Positions 40,619-54,300 of a DNA stretch of 64,000 nucleotides are shown here, in pieces. Below the pieces are notes generated by a model. The model worked only from the letters and a program-made list of their open reading frames with translations. It searched no databases and was not told where the DNA came from. Source of the DNA: Eledone cirrhosa. Its lineage: Eukaryota. The number at the start of each line of letters is the position of its first letter. The stretch's first letter is position 1. Made by a program: the position numbers and the translations under genes. The stretch is from the NCBI GenBank assembly GCA_964016885.1, contig OZ024743.1:182838001-182902000 (forward strand). Reading direction: 5' to 3'.

Positions 40619-43600
40619 TGAATAGGAGTGGGCATATTACTGATTCAATACCAAATGTGATACTATAAAGCTCAATGTAAATACAGAGCATAATAATTTA
40701 AATTTAAGTGAAAAACAAAGCTAATATTTCTAATCATTTTAACTTCTACATTCATTTGCATAACAAACTGTGTAATTTCCATATTAATTAATTAGTCTAC
40801 CAAATCAATAAAGCAGTTGCAATCACTTAATATTAAATTATCCTCAAGAAATCAATATAAAATTTGGAGAATGCATGTTCCGAAGAAAAATATACAAATC
40901 CGTTGTCAATGACATATAGATACTAAAAAGTCTTTTTTTTTAAACACACATATACAAGGCAGTTTTTTAGATTGGTGAAGGAGACCGATATTTTTTAAGC
41001 AACATGTAATTAGATCAAAGCAGTAAACATTCTAATGCAAGGCAATAAAACCTCCAAGCTGTAGCATAGTTTAAACTAGAACTTAGGAAACTTACCTTCT
41101 TTTTGACGAATTTATCCCAGTAGCTTTGTGGAAAGGAACCTGTACTCAAGACAAGTTTATCCCATTGAGCTTTAATGTCATCTTCATCAGGTTGTTCAGC
41201 AATATACAAGCCTTCAAATTCTAGTTTGCGAGCAATTTCTTTCTCTCGTTTGAAGATTACTAAAGGCACTTCGAGGCAATAATAAGCCATCAACATTGAG
41301 GAGGCTATTGAATGTAATATTGCTAACACTTCTAAAACTGGTAACAAATAGTCCACATCTTCTTCCATGATCACAACCTCTTCAGCATGATCATCATCAG
41401 ATGTTCCATTACTTCCAGTGTTATCCTCTTCTACCATAGCCTGAGTTACCTTGTTCACCTAACAATAGAATAGATTCATAGTTTAAGATTTCACAAATAT
41501 GTACCCTATATAAATTAGAATTAAAATTATAATTCTTTTACCATCTTAAGTTTAGTTAATATAGTGTTTAAGATAATTAATTCTGAAATATTTGTCAAAA
41601 ACAAAAATAATTAAAGAATACAGATTTAGACTTTATTATAAAAATATAAAATTCAAATTCAAAAATACACAATATATAAATAATTATAATAAATGATTTG
41701 AGTGTTCATGACATCTTTTTAGCTTTAAGAAAATACTAGTTAGTAGTCAATATCAAGTTTTTTTTTAGAATGAGAGTGATATTATAAATTCTTTTTGGAT
41801 AATAGGAGAACAGTAGATTGCTTTTCTCTGGAAAAGGTAATTAATTTGTTGTTTAATTTAGAAAATTTACAATTTCTCAAATATATTTTTTAAAGAATGA
41901 TCTTGAAAATTTATTATATCAATATAAATGATGTACATGAAATTACATAATAGCATAATAGCAAAGTTCACATTTCCCCCAAACAAATATGCTGACAATA
42001 TAGATAGCTTGAAATAACAAACACAAATACCATAGCTGTCACAATTCAACACATACATATGTCTCTATTACTTGATTATATAAATATTTCACATAAAAAT
42101 ATAGAATCGAAACAAAAGAAAATATTAAGTTAACATTAAATATGTCAATTGGTCACACACCACAAGGGGTGCTGGAGCCTCTCTCTAATACTTTTTGAGG
42201 CAAGCCAACACCCTGGCAGCATTACCACAGGCAATTGTATATCATAACAGCTAAAGGATATTTTTGTCAATATTCTTATTGTTCTTGATATAACATGCTT
42301 ATACTGTTTCTGTCTACTTAACTGTATTAAATATAAAATTATTAGATATATATTTTTTAATACAGATTTTATAACTATAAAATTTCATCTAGTGTCTGAG
42401 AATTGAAAGTGATTTCTATTTTCCAGTTACTGGAACTGAAAAGAAAACAATGTGTTATATATTAACTAAAGATTTAGTACCTTAGAGCTCTAAGCTTCAT
42501 TACCTCTTAGTCAAAACTTAAAAATAAATAAAATCTTTAAGCAGGCTTCTATTTTTTCCCAGATATGATATTAGTTTCCCACAAACAACAAATTATCAAT
42601 TCTATCAACTAATAGGTAATTTGAAATTAATAATCCATCAGCTTGCTTGAAGAAGTATATAAAATATTGAAATATAAAAGAATACCAATTAATTCTGTAA
42701 TGAAATATGCTGCTTAAATTTCAATTAATTGTGAGATAAAAATTGGGGATACATTTCGTAAAATAACTAACTTTTCCCTCCATTTATTTGTATACTAAAT
42801 GATGTTTATGACAATTTAACAAAAATATTCTTAGATAAGGTAATAATAGAAAGTATTAATTTACATAATGTCATAGAACAAAGGGCAGTGTCAAATACTC
42901 CTCAAAAAGATTTTGTTGATAGGAGTACTGCTTTTCAATGCAGAGGAAAGGAAGACAAACAAATACCAGGGATTGTCCAGCCGCTTCCTCTTTGCACCAA
43001 TCACCGTCAAGACCCCACACTGCCATGCTCCTCTGCAAGATTAGAACATCAGCGGCCCATCTGAGGAAGGAGCCCCATGAGGTGGGGTGGCTGGCCATTG
43101 TCTGCGGTCTTGTCCACAGAGTGCAGCCCCATTACTGCCGCACCCTAGGCCCAGAGCTCATCACCCCCTCCTCACTCTTCTGTGACACTAGAGCCCTTGC
43201 CTTTCCCTTCCTTTCCCTTTTTTAAAAATATTTTCTTATTTTACATTCTATTTCTGTTACAGGAAGCTCCTCCGCCATAATTGAAGTATATTTTTTAGAT
43301 ATTGTTATCAAATGTCAAAACAATTTCAGTTGACATTTCATCAATTTTAATATTTCTACTTTGATCTGATTGCATATATAGGTTTAATACATTTTCTCAT
43401 TAGAATTAAACACTAATATTGAACTCTTACTTAACAATATAATACAATATAATAGAAAACATTATGACTTGATCTTCATTCAAGACAATTCATAGTTCAG
43501 CAGGGCTTTTTAACCATAAATATATCCATACATTATATTAAAGCTGTAGATGGAATATTACTGTTTAGGGGGGCTTCTAATTATATTCATTTAAGGGAAA

Positions 43601-46600
43601 TTTTGATAAATAAACATTGATAATAATCTCAGACTTTGAGATAATTAATTGAAAATATATTAATTAGTGGAACAACTGACTAAAAGCAATGGTGTTTAAG
43701 TTCATACCTTGTAAAAGAGTAATATAAAGTTGATGAAGAAAGCAAGAGCCAAGGCCACATATTTGAAATTATAAAAGTTTCTTGCAAAATAACTCTGCAA
43801 AGATAAAAGGAACAGATTATTAATGGTAGGTATATTTGATTTATATCTTTTCAGTGAATTTCAAAAACTCTATCAAGAATTAAAGCAAATTAAAATCTTC
43901 CATATCTTTAAATAATCAAATTATTATGATGTTTCAATAAATATATCTATGTTGTGTGTATAATGTTTACTTCAAGAGCTCAGGATTAGTCAAGTAATTA
44001 AGAAGTACATTTTACAATCATGAGATTCATAGTTCAAACCTAATATGTGGCATTTTAGGCTAATGTATTTTATTATAGTCTTGGGTAGACTCAAACCTTG
44101 TGAGTAAAACTGGGTTGTCATAAACTCTGTGGAAGCCTGTCAAATTGCATCTGTAATTCAATGATAGATGATCAATTTACTTAATATATTTAGTTTAAAC
44201 ATTCAAAATTCTGCCAAATTCTCCTGATGCATGGAGCTCTTATAAACTCTTATCACATTAGTTTTGTAAGTTCATTTGAGTTTCATAGATAGTCTATTTT
44301 TACATTGTACTTAATGCCAGCACTTTGCACTATTAATAGCATTAGGTTTGATCTCAATGTGTAACACCATGGCCAACTGTTTTCTACAATAGTCTTGTAC
44401 TGACCAATAATTGGAAGTATAGTTTGGCAAATCGAAACTATGCAGAACCTCATCTCTCACTCTCTCTCTCTCTCTCTCTCTCCCACACACACACACACAC
44501 AAACATATATGTAAATGCTTCTCTTCCTCTGCATCATCATTTTCCATTGCCTCTGTTCATTTCTTCCTTGGTTTTTCACTTTCACAACTAACTTCCATTT
44601 TGAAATTCTGGCACCTCTTCACCCAACAATTATCATCCATATGTATCACTTGTCCAAATCAATGCAATCTTTTCTCTTCCATACATCAAATTCCTCTTAT
44701 GCACAGTTTTTCTCTCATCTATCTTTCATTGTTCATGCACGCTAATGTTACATATCCAGTGAATCATGCTTGCCTCATTTTTTTCTTAATCTTCTTCCAT
44801 CCTCTGGATTCAATTAAATGCTAATATCTCACTACCATGCAGATATCACACAATCTACACTTCATTACCAGCAGAGGTGGAAGCTCTCTGAATTGTTTAC
44901 CCTTTGATGTTATATTTGTATCAAAATTATCATCATCATCACCGTTTAATGTCTATTTTCCATGCTTGCATAGGTTAGACAACTGTTACATGTTGAGGCC
45001 AGTCTGATGACTAGGTCTTGTTCATACGTTTTGGCTTAGCTTTTATGGTTTGATGCCCTTCCTAATGCTAACCACTTTACAGCATGGAAAGTATATGTAT
45101 GTATATGTGTACATTTGTATATATACATGTGTGTATGTTTATGTTGATGCTAGTATAAAAACTGTTGTTCTTAACGTTATCTCCTTTTATTTCTCATAGT
45201 TTTGTAGTTTGATAAAATAAGTACCAGACTAAAATAATTGCTGAGGTCAATATGGTCAACTAAAACCCTTGAAGGTGATAAAACAACAGAAATAAAAAAA
45301 AAATCATCCCAATATCATAATTTTTATGATGATTACCAGGATATATTTTCCATAATCAAAAGCTTTAGTTTCGTAAGGTACTTCTTCTTCTCCTGTGATA
45401 ACACCCTCTTCACCCTCAAGCTCTTCTCCCTTGCCACTATCGACAGTTGCAGTGCCATTAGTTCTAGAAAAATAAACAACAGAATTTAAGATTAATACCA
45501 TGTATAAAAAACCACAATTTATGTTGTCAATAAACACATCAGTTTATTTTTAAAAAATCCTGAGATATAAATGTAGTAAGAAAACATACATTTCATGTGT
45601 AGTTGCTCCAGTTGTAGTTGTAGTTTCTTGGTCAGCTTCACCCATCAACAATTTTTCTTCCTATAATGAAAGAAAACAGAAAAAGGTAATATTTATTTCA
45701 TAACGTCAATATATCCATTGATATTCAATCCTATATTATATTTATGGGCTTACATCAGCTTCTCCAGCCAATTATGATGTTCTGTAAATAAAAAAACAAA
45801 AACAAGCAATTTCCATAGCTTTGTATGATGATGGTTTTATTTTTCATTCATCTAGGTCCACAAGACATAAAAATATTTCCAATTTGACATACCTTCAAAA
45901 AGGTTTGCTTACCTGTACTCAATAGAAACAAGATTTATGTAAATCCATATGATTAAGAAGTATTTTATTAGAATGAAAGCCCAGGTAGACAAGTTTAAAG
46001 ACATTTAGCATTCCTTTATAACTAGAAGAAAAAGGATTATGAACTGTGATAAATGAAATAGAAATCAAAACACACAAGAAAGATGCCTATGTATGTTAGC
46101 AAATGGTCAAATAACCTTTTACTCAACAGCCCCTCAGAGTAGAAAGAAACTGAACCCAAAGATACAATAAAGAGAAGCTAAGATTCATCGAACTTAGAAA
46201 TTGCCTCTCCGCATACACATAAACACAAGGAAGAGCACTGTCATATGATTTGATCATGTAATAGTGAATTACTTTATAACCTATATTATAGTCACAATGT
46301 TATTCATGTTATTGATGCCCAAATTCTTATATAGTAATCTAAGAATGTTAATGTTCTCACTTTGCTTTGCAAATTATAAACAAACCCAATGAAACAGTAA
46401 ATTCAGATATTTGAAATACTCTTTAAGTAACATATATGTAAACATGAGTAGGGTAGCATATTTGTTTGATTTCAATATATTTACACATGAGTGACCATAT
46501 ACAAGGCATCATATATATGTAAAGCTTGGTCAATGTTTCAACAAAAGAAAGTGAAATAGATATTTAGCATCCATGCATATAATCTTAATTGTCACTAAAG

Positions 46601-48342
46601 AAAAACAAACACCATAGATGATTACTTCAAGATGTTATATTTGATATAGTTAAGTGTGGCCTAACATAATGTAGTAAGCTATCAATTTTTTAAAGTGATT
46701 ACAATTGTGGAAGAAAAACCATTAACTTTAATGATTACATCTTGTTAAGAAAGACAAAAGGAGACAACTTCAAAATCAAAATTAATTGAAAAAGAGGCCT
46801 GCAGTGGGAAGAGAGCCTGGTTTTTGGTAAGAACAGTAACCCCAAGGAACCTTGACTGGCATTACACCTTAAAATAATTTTGAGTTACTTTCTACAATTA
46901 TATGTTTCAGTTACTAATATACTTACCAGAAACATATCAGATGAAATTTCAGCAGTAGCTGCAGGTGTTTCCTTTGTTGGTACACTACCATTTACTGTTG
47001 TAACATCAACTTCTGGTGGTGTCTGTCCCTCTGTCACACTGATAGATCTAAGCAAATATATAAAAAACACATGAGTATCTACTTTAAAAAAAGCCACACA
47101 ATTTCTAGGTAGGACAACAGAAAATTATGACATTTATGTATTTTCCAAAGATATCACTTTTTTTTAAACATATGCACAAGGCATCACATTTTTAGGGTAG
47201 ATGTTGTCAATTATATTGACCTTGGTACTTCACTGGTACTTTATTGATCCAGGAAAAATAAAAGTCAAAATTAAGCTCAGTGGGATATGAACTTAGAACA
47301 TAGAAGTACTGTGATGCCTTTGGTCCAGCACTCTATTGTTTCTGGCAATTTACTGTAGTCCTGTATCCCAAAGATATTAACAGCAAAAGTAAAATAATGT
47401 CTCCTTTGTATCAAAATTAGATTCAAAATTTGATTTTTGAAGAACCAACATCTCCACCATAATGCCCATATATTGTTACTTCCAAAATGTTTGCATGGTG
47501 AATTGGGAGTCATTAGGGCATTGGATTAAATATTATAGTATTTGCTGCAGCTTACTATACTCTGAGCTCAAATCCTGAGGTCAACTTTGCCTTTCAGACT
47601 TCAGGGTCAATAAAGAAAATATCAGGCCAGAGGCAGTGGATTGGCAGAATTATTAAAGAGTCAGACAGGAAGCTTTGTGGTATCTGAACTAGTTCTGTGC
47701 ATTCTGAGTTTAAACCTCCTTCTGCCAAGAGTTGTGACATGATAGTATCAGCAATGTAAAAGCCATCAGAAACATTATTTCTTTAATTCAATCTGGTGCA
47801 GAAGAGAACATCCAATTAAATCAATGCCAATCAATACTTTAGTAGTATTTACTTTTATTGAAATATGTAAGAGGAAAAGCAAAGTTAGCATTGAAAGAAT
47901 TTGAAGTAAAAATGTAGAGGCATAACTGAATAGCACAAAACATTTGACTGTTTCTTTACTGGTTCTGTCATTTACCACCCTAGTAAAGCTATATTGAATT
48001 CTATCTTAAGGACAAGGAGACAAGATTATGGGGAAGTTTAAGTTGATTAAAATAGAGTACCACTCATTACTTGAGTTGTACTCTATTTCATCAAAATAAG
48101 TGAAAGCTGACCTTGATGATGTGTAATCAGAATATAAAGAAACTTGACTATATACTAAAGGCACCTAACTTGTCTCAGTATCAATTCTGCCCATCCAGCA
48201 CCCCAGTAAAGAATTATAATAGTAATGAAAGAATTCATTGTGCTCTAACTTACTCTTTAAGACCATTTTCTTTCTTAGCAGGGAACGTTTTAACAGGTCC
48301 TCCATTTTCTTGCGTAACCTTTGGTGCCATGATAAAGTGCAC
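36129..48342 (-). CDS. RyR: Ryanodine receptor, partial (divergent region through S1, S2 and the S2-S3 loop); 7 exons visible
   Basis: Exons 48342(or 48318)-48254, 47047-46927, 45660-45590, 45463-45337, 43794-43708, 41458-41096, 36250-36129 are GT-AG and phase-compatible; hallmarks [26 protein letters not shown] and [27 protein letters not shown]...WDKFVKKKV. Confidence 0.93.
36675..38910 (-). mobile_element. 5'-truncated RTE-type LINE, decayed
   Basis: 384-aa ORF with [44 protein letters not shown]; Cys-rich insert; (GAT)n tail. Confidence 0.93.
39233..39766 (-). mobile_element. Short RTE LINE fragment closely related to 36675-38910
   Basis: [23 protein letters not shown]...[12 protein letters not shown]. 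Confidence 0.88.
39810..40575 (+). mobile_element. Two RTE 3' UTR-type repeats (39810-40050 and 40250-40575)
   Basis: CACACTGTAAA..TTAGGAAGGGC..TGTAGAAA..GTTAAA..GATGATGAT. Confidence 0.65.
41096..41458 (-). CDS. RyR: RyR exon (luminal loop, S2, S2-S3 loop)
   Basis: 363 nt; [10 protein letters not shown]...[40 protein letters not shown]...[14 protein letters not shown]. Confidence 0.97.
42935..43225 (-). repeat. Unclassified dispersed repeat family B
   Basis: Diverged match to 11795-12120. Confidence 0.6.
43708..43794 (-). CDS. RyR: RyR exon (S1 helix)
   Basis: [29 protein letters not shown], 87 nt, GCAG|...|GTATGA. Confidence 0.95.
45337..45463 (-). CDS. RyR: RyR exon (acidic divergent region)
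   Basis: [20 protein letters not shown]...AFDYGKYIL; phase 2 to 0. Confidence 0.85.
45590..45660 (-). CDS. RyR: RyR exon ([23 protein letters not shown])
   Basis: TTATAG|GAA...AT|GTATGT; phase 0 to 2. Confidence 0.8.
46927..47047 (-). CDS. RyR: RyR exon ([15 protein letters not shown]...SSDMFL)
   Basis: GCTTAG|A...CTG|GTAAGT; phase 2 to 0. Confidence 0.8.
48254..48342 (-). CDS. RyR: Probable RyR exon abutting the satellite ([VHFIMAPK][22 protein letters not shown])
   Basis: Consensus donor GA|GTAAGT, phase 2 matches the next exon; acceptor either TTAG|GTG (48342, inside the satellite unit) or AAG|GTT (48318, at its edge). Confidence 0.65.
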
Positions 48343-51300
48343 CTAACCTACTCTGTACATTGGTAGTGTTGGTGCCATGATAAAGTGCACCTAACCTACT
48401 CTATACATTGGTAGTGTTGGTGCCATGATAAATTGCACCTAACCTACTCTGTACATTCGTAGTGTTGGTGCCATGTTAAAGTGCATCTAACCTACTCTAT
48501 ACATTGGTAGTGTTGGTGCCATGATAAAGTGCACCTAACCTACTCTGTACATTGGTAGTGTTGGTGCCATGATAAATTGCACCTAACCTACTCTGTACAT
48601 TCGTAGTGTTGGTGCCATGTTAAAGTGCATCTAACCTACTCTATACATTGGTAGTGTTGGTGCCATGATAAAGTGCACCTAACCTACTCTGTACATTGGT
48701 AGTGTTGGTGCTATGATAAAGTGCACCTAACCTACTCTGTACATTGGTAGTGTTGGTGCTATGATAAAGTGCACCAAACCTACTCTGTACATTGGTAGTG
48801 TTGGTGCCATAATAAAGTGCACCTAACCTACTCTGTGGTAGTGTTGGTGCCATGATAAAGTACACCTAACCTACTCTGTACATTGGTAGTGTTGGTGCCA
48901 TGATAAAGTGCACCTAACCTACTCTGTGGTAGTGTTGGTGCCATGATAAAATGCACCTAACCTACTCTATACATTGGTAGTGTTGGTGCCATGATAAATT
49001 GCACCTAATCTACTCTGTACATTGGTAGTGTTGGTGCCATGATAAAGTGCACCTAACCTACTCTGTACATTGGTAGTGTTGGTGCCATGATAAAGTGCAC
49101 CGAACCTACTCTATACATTGGTAGTGTTGGTGCCATGATAAAGTGCACCGAACCTACTCTATACATTGGTAGTGTTGGTGCTATGATAAAGTGCACCTAA
49201 CCTACTCTGTACATTGGTAGTGTTGGTGCCATAATAAAGTGCACCTAACCTTCTCTGTACATTGGTAGTGTTGGTGCCATAATAAAGTGCACCTAACCTA
49301 CTCTGTGGTAGTGTTGGTGCCATGATAATGTGCACCTAACCTACTATGTACATTAGTAGTGTTGGTGCCATGATAAAGTGCACCTAACCTACTCTGTGGT
49401 AGTGTTGGTGCCATGATAAAATGCACCTAACCTACTCTATACATTGGTAGTGTTGGTGACATGATAAAGTGCACCTAACCTACTCTGTAAATTGGTAGTG
49501 TTGGTGCCATAATAAAGTGCACCTAACCTACTCTGTGGTAGTGTTGGTGCCATTATAAAGTGCATCTAACCTACTCTATACATTGGTAGTGTTGGTGCCA
49601 TGATAAAGTGCATCTAACCTACTCTGTACATTGGTAGTGTTGGTGCCATAATAAAGTGCACCTAACCTACTCTGTGGTAGTGTTGGTGCCATTATAAAGT
49701 GCATCTAACCTACTCTATACATTGGTAGTGTTGGTGCCATTATAAAGTGCATCTAACCTACTCTATACATTGGTAGTGTTGGTGCCATGATAAATTGCAC
49801 CTAACCTACTCTGTACATTGGTAGTGTTGGTGCCATAATAAAGTGCACCTAACCTACTCTGTGGTAGTGTTGGTGCCATTATAAAGTGCATCTAACCTAC
49901 TCTATACATTGGTAGTGTTGGTGCCATTATAAAGTGCATCTAACCTACTCTATACATTGGTAGTGTTGGTGCCATGATAAAGTGCACCTAACCTACTCTG
50001 TGGTAGTGTTGGTGCCATTATAAAGTGCATCTAACCTACTCTATACATTGGTAGTGTTGGTGCCATTATAAAGTGCATCTAACCTACTCTATACATTGGT
50101 AGTGTTGGTGCCATGATAACATGCGCCTAACCTACTCTGTACATTGGTAGTGTTGGTGCCATGATAAAATGCACCTAACCTACTCTATACATTGGTAGCG
50201 TTGGTGCCATGATAAAGTGCACCTAACCTACTCTGTACATTGGTAGTGTTGGTGCCATGATAAAATGCACCTAACCTACTCTGTGGTAGTGTTGGTGCCA
50301 TAATAAAATGCACCTAACCTACTCTGTGGTTGTTTGGTGCCATGATAAAATGCACCTAACCTACTCTGTATATTGGTAGTGTTGGTGCCATAATAAAGTG
50401 CACCTAACCTACTCTGTGGTAGTGTTGGTGCCATGATAAAGTGCACCTAACCTACTCTGTACATTGGTAGTGTTGGTGCCATAATAAAATGCACCTAACC
50501 TACTCTGTACATTGGTAGTGTTGGTGCCATAATAAAATGCACCTAACCTACTCTGTACATTGGTAGTGTTGGTGCCATAATAAAATGCACCTAACCTACT
50601 CTATACATTGGTAGTGTTGGTGCCATGATAAAGTGCACCTAACCTACTCTGTACATTGGTAGTGTTGGTGCCATGATAACATACACCTAAACTTCTCTGT
50701 ACATTGGTAGTGTTGCTGCCATTATAAAGTGCACCTAACCTACTCTATACATTGGTAGTGTTGGTGCCATGATAAAGTGCACCTAACCTACTCTGTACAT
50801 TGGTAGTGTTGGTGCCATGATAACATACACCTAAACTTCTCTGTACATTGGTAGTGTTGCTGCCATTATAAAGTGCACCTAACCTACTCTATACATTGGT
50901 AGTGTTGGTGCCATGATAAAGTGCACCTAACCTACTCTGTGGTAGTGTTGGTGCCATGATAAATTGCACCTAACCTACTCTGTGGTAGTGTTGGTGCCAT
51001 AATAAAATGCACCTAACCTACTCTGTACATTGGTAGTGTTGGTGCCATGATAAAGTGCACCTAACCTACTCTGTACATTGGTAGTGTTGGTGCCATGATA
51101 AAGTGCACCTAACCTACTCTGTACATTGGTAGTGTTGGTGCCATGATAAAGTGCACCTAACCTACTCTGTACATTGGTAGTGTTGGTGCCATTATAAAGT
51201 GCACCTAACCTACTCTGTACATTGGTAGTTTTGGTGCCATGATAAAATGCACCTAACCTACTCTGTACATTGGTAGTGTTGGTGCCATGATAAAGTGCAC

Positions 51301-54300
51301 CTAACCTACTCTGTACATTGGTAGTTTTGGTGCCATGATAAAGTGCACCTAACCTACTCTGTACATTGGTAGTTTTGGTGCCATGATAAAGTGCACCTAA
51401 CCTACTCTGTACATCGGTAGTTTTGGTGCCATGATAAAGTGCACCTAACCTACTCTGTACATTGGTAGTGTTGGTGCCATAATAAAGTGCACCTAACCTA
51501 CTCTGTGGTAGTGTTGGTGCCATTATAAAGTGCATCTAACCTACTCTATACATTGGTAGTGTTGGTGCCATGATAAAGTGCATCTAACCTACTCTGTACA
51601 TTGGTAGTGTTGGTGCCATAATAAAGTGCACCTAACCTACTCTGTGGTAGTGTTGGTGCCATTATAAAGTGCATCTAACCTACTCTATACATTGGTAGTG
51701 TTGGTGCCATGATAACATGCGCCTAACCTACTCTGTACATTGGTAGTGTTGGTGCCATGATAAAATGCACCTAACCTACTCTATACATTGGTAGCGTTGG
51801 TGCCATGATAAAGTGCACCTAACCTACTCTGTACATTGGTAGTGTTGGTGCCATGATAAAATGCACCTAACCTACTCTGTGGTAGTGTTGGTGCCATAAT
51901 AAAATGCACCTAACCTACTCTGTGGTTGTTTGGTGCCATGATAAAATGCACCTAACCTACTCTGTATATTGGTAGTGTTGGTGCCATAATAAAGTGCACC
52001 TAACCTACTCTGTGGTAGTGTTGGTGCCATGATAAAGTGCACCTAACCTACTCTGTACATTGGTAGTGTTGGTGCCATAATAAAATGCACCTAACCTACT
52101 CTGTACATTGGTAGTGTTGGTGCCATAATAAAATGCACCTAACCTACTCTGTACATTGGTAGTGTTGGTGCCATAATAAAATGCACCTAACCTACTCTAT
52201 ACATTGGTAGTGTTGGTGCCATGATAAAGTGCACCTAACCTACTCTGTACATTGGTAGTGTTGGTGCCATGATAACATACACCTAAACTTCTCTGTACAT
52301 TGGTAGTGTTGCTGCCATTATAAAGTGCACCTAACCTACTCTATACATTGGTAGTGTTGGTGCCATGATAAAGTGCACCTAACCTACTCTGTACATTGGT
52401 AGTGTTGGTGCCATGATAACATACACCTAAACTTCTCTGTACATTGGTAGTGTTGCTGCCATTATAAAGTGCACCTAACCTACTCTATACATTGGTAGTG
52501 TTGGTGCCATGATAAAGTGCACCTAACCTACTCTGTGGTAGTGTTGGTGCCATGATAAATTGCACCTAACCTACTCTGTGGTAGTGTTGGTGCCATAATA
52601 AAATGCACCTAACCTACTCTGTACATTGGTAGTGTTGGTGCCATGATAAAGTGCACCTAACCTACTCTGTACATTGGTAGTGTTGGTGCTATGATAAAGT
52701 GCACCTAACCTACTCTGTACATTGGTAGTGTTGGTGCTATGATAAAGTGCACCAAACCTACTCTGTACATTGGTAGTGTTGGTGCCATAATAAAGTGCAC
52801 CTAACCTACTCTGTGGTAGTGTTGGTGCCATGATAAAGTACACCTAACCTACTCTGTACATTGGTAGTGTTGGTGCCATGATAAAGTGCACCTAACCTAC
52901 TCTGTGGTAGTGTTGGTGCCATGATAAAATGCACCTAACCTACTCTATACATTGGTAGTGTTGGTGCCATGATAAATTGCACCTAATCTACTCTGTACAT
53001 TGGTAGTGTTGGTGCCATGATAAAGTGCACCTAACCTACTCTGTACATTGGTAGTGTTGGTGCCATGATAAAGTGCACCGAACCTACTCTATACATTGGT
53101 AGTGTTGGTGCCATGATAAAGTGCACCGAACCTACTCTATACATTGGTAGTGTTGGTGCTATGATAAAGTGCACCTAACCTACTCTGTACATTGGTAGTG
53201 TTGGTGCCATAATAAAGTGCACCTAACCTTCTCTGTACATTGGTAGTGTTGGTGCCATAATAAAGTGCACCTAACCTACTCTGTGGTAGTGTTGGTGCCA
53301 TGATAATGTGCACCTAACCTACTATGTACATTAGTAGTGTTGGTGCCATGATAAAGTGCACCTAACCTACTCTGTGGTAGTGTTGGTGCCATGATAAAAT
53401 GCACCTAACCTACTCTATACATTGGTAGTGTTGGTGACATGATAAAGTGCACCTAACCTACTCTGTAAATTGGTAGTGTTGGTGCCATAATAAAGTGCAC
53501 CTAACCTACTCTGTGGTAGTGTTGGTGCCATTATAAAGTGCATCTAACCTACTCTATACATTGGTAGTGTTGGTGCCATGATAAAGTGCATCTAACCTAC
53601 TCTGTACATTGGTAGTGTTGGTGCCATAATAAAGTGCACCTAACCTACTCTGTGGTAGTGTTGGTGCCATTATAAAGTGCATCTAACCTACTCTCTACAT
53701 TGGTAGTGTTGGTGCCATTATAAAGTGCATCTAACCTACTCTATACATTGGTAGTGTTGGTGCCATGATAAATTGCACCTAACCTACTCTGTACATTGGT
53801 AGTGTTGGTGCCATAATAAAGTGCACCTAACCTACTCTGTGGTAGTGTTGGTGCCATTATAAAGTGCATCTAACCTACTCTATACATTGGTAGTGTTGGT
53901 GCCATTATAAAGTGCATCTAACCTACTCTATACATTGGTAGTGTTGGTGCCATGATAAAGTGCACCTAACCTACTCTGTGGTAGTGTTGGTGCCATTATA
54001 AAGTGCATCTAACCTACTCTATACATTGGTAGTGTTGGTGCCATTATAAAGTGCATCTAACCTACTCTATACATTGGTAGTGTTGGTGCCATGATAACAT
54101 GCGCCTAACCTACTCTGTACATTGGTAGTGTTGGTGCCATGATAAAATGCACCTAACCTACTCTATACATTGGTAGCGTTGGTGCCATGATAAAGTGCAC
54201 CTAACCTACTCTGTACATTGGTAGTGTTGGTGCCATGATAAAATGCACCTAACCTACTCTGTGGTAGTGTTGGTGCCATAATAAAATGCACCTAACCTAC

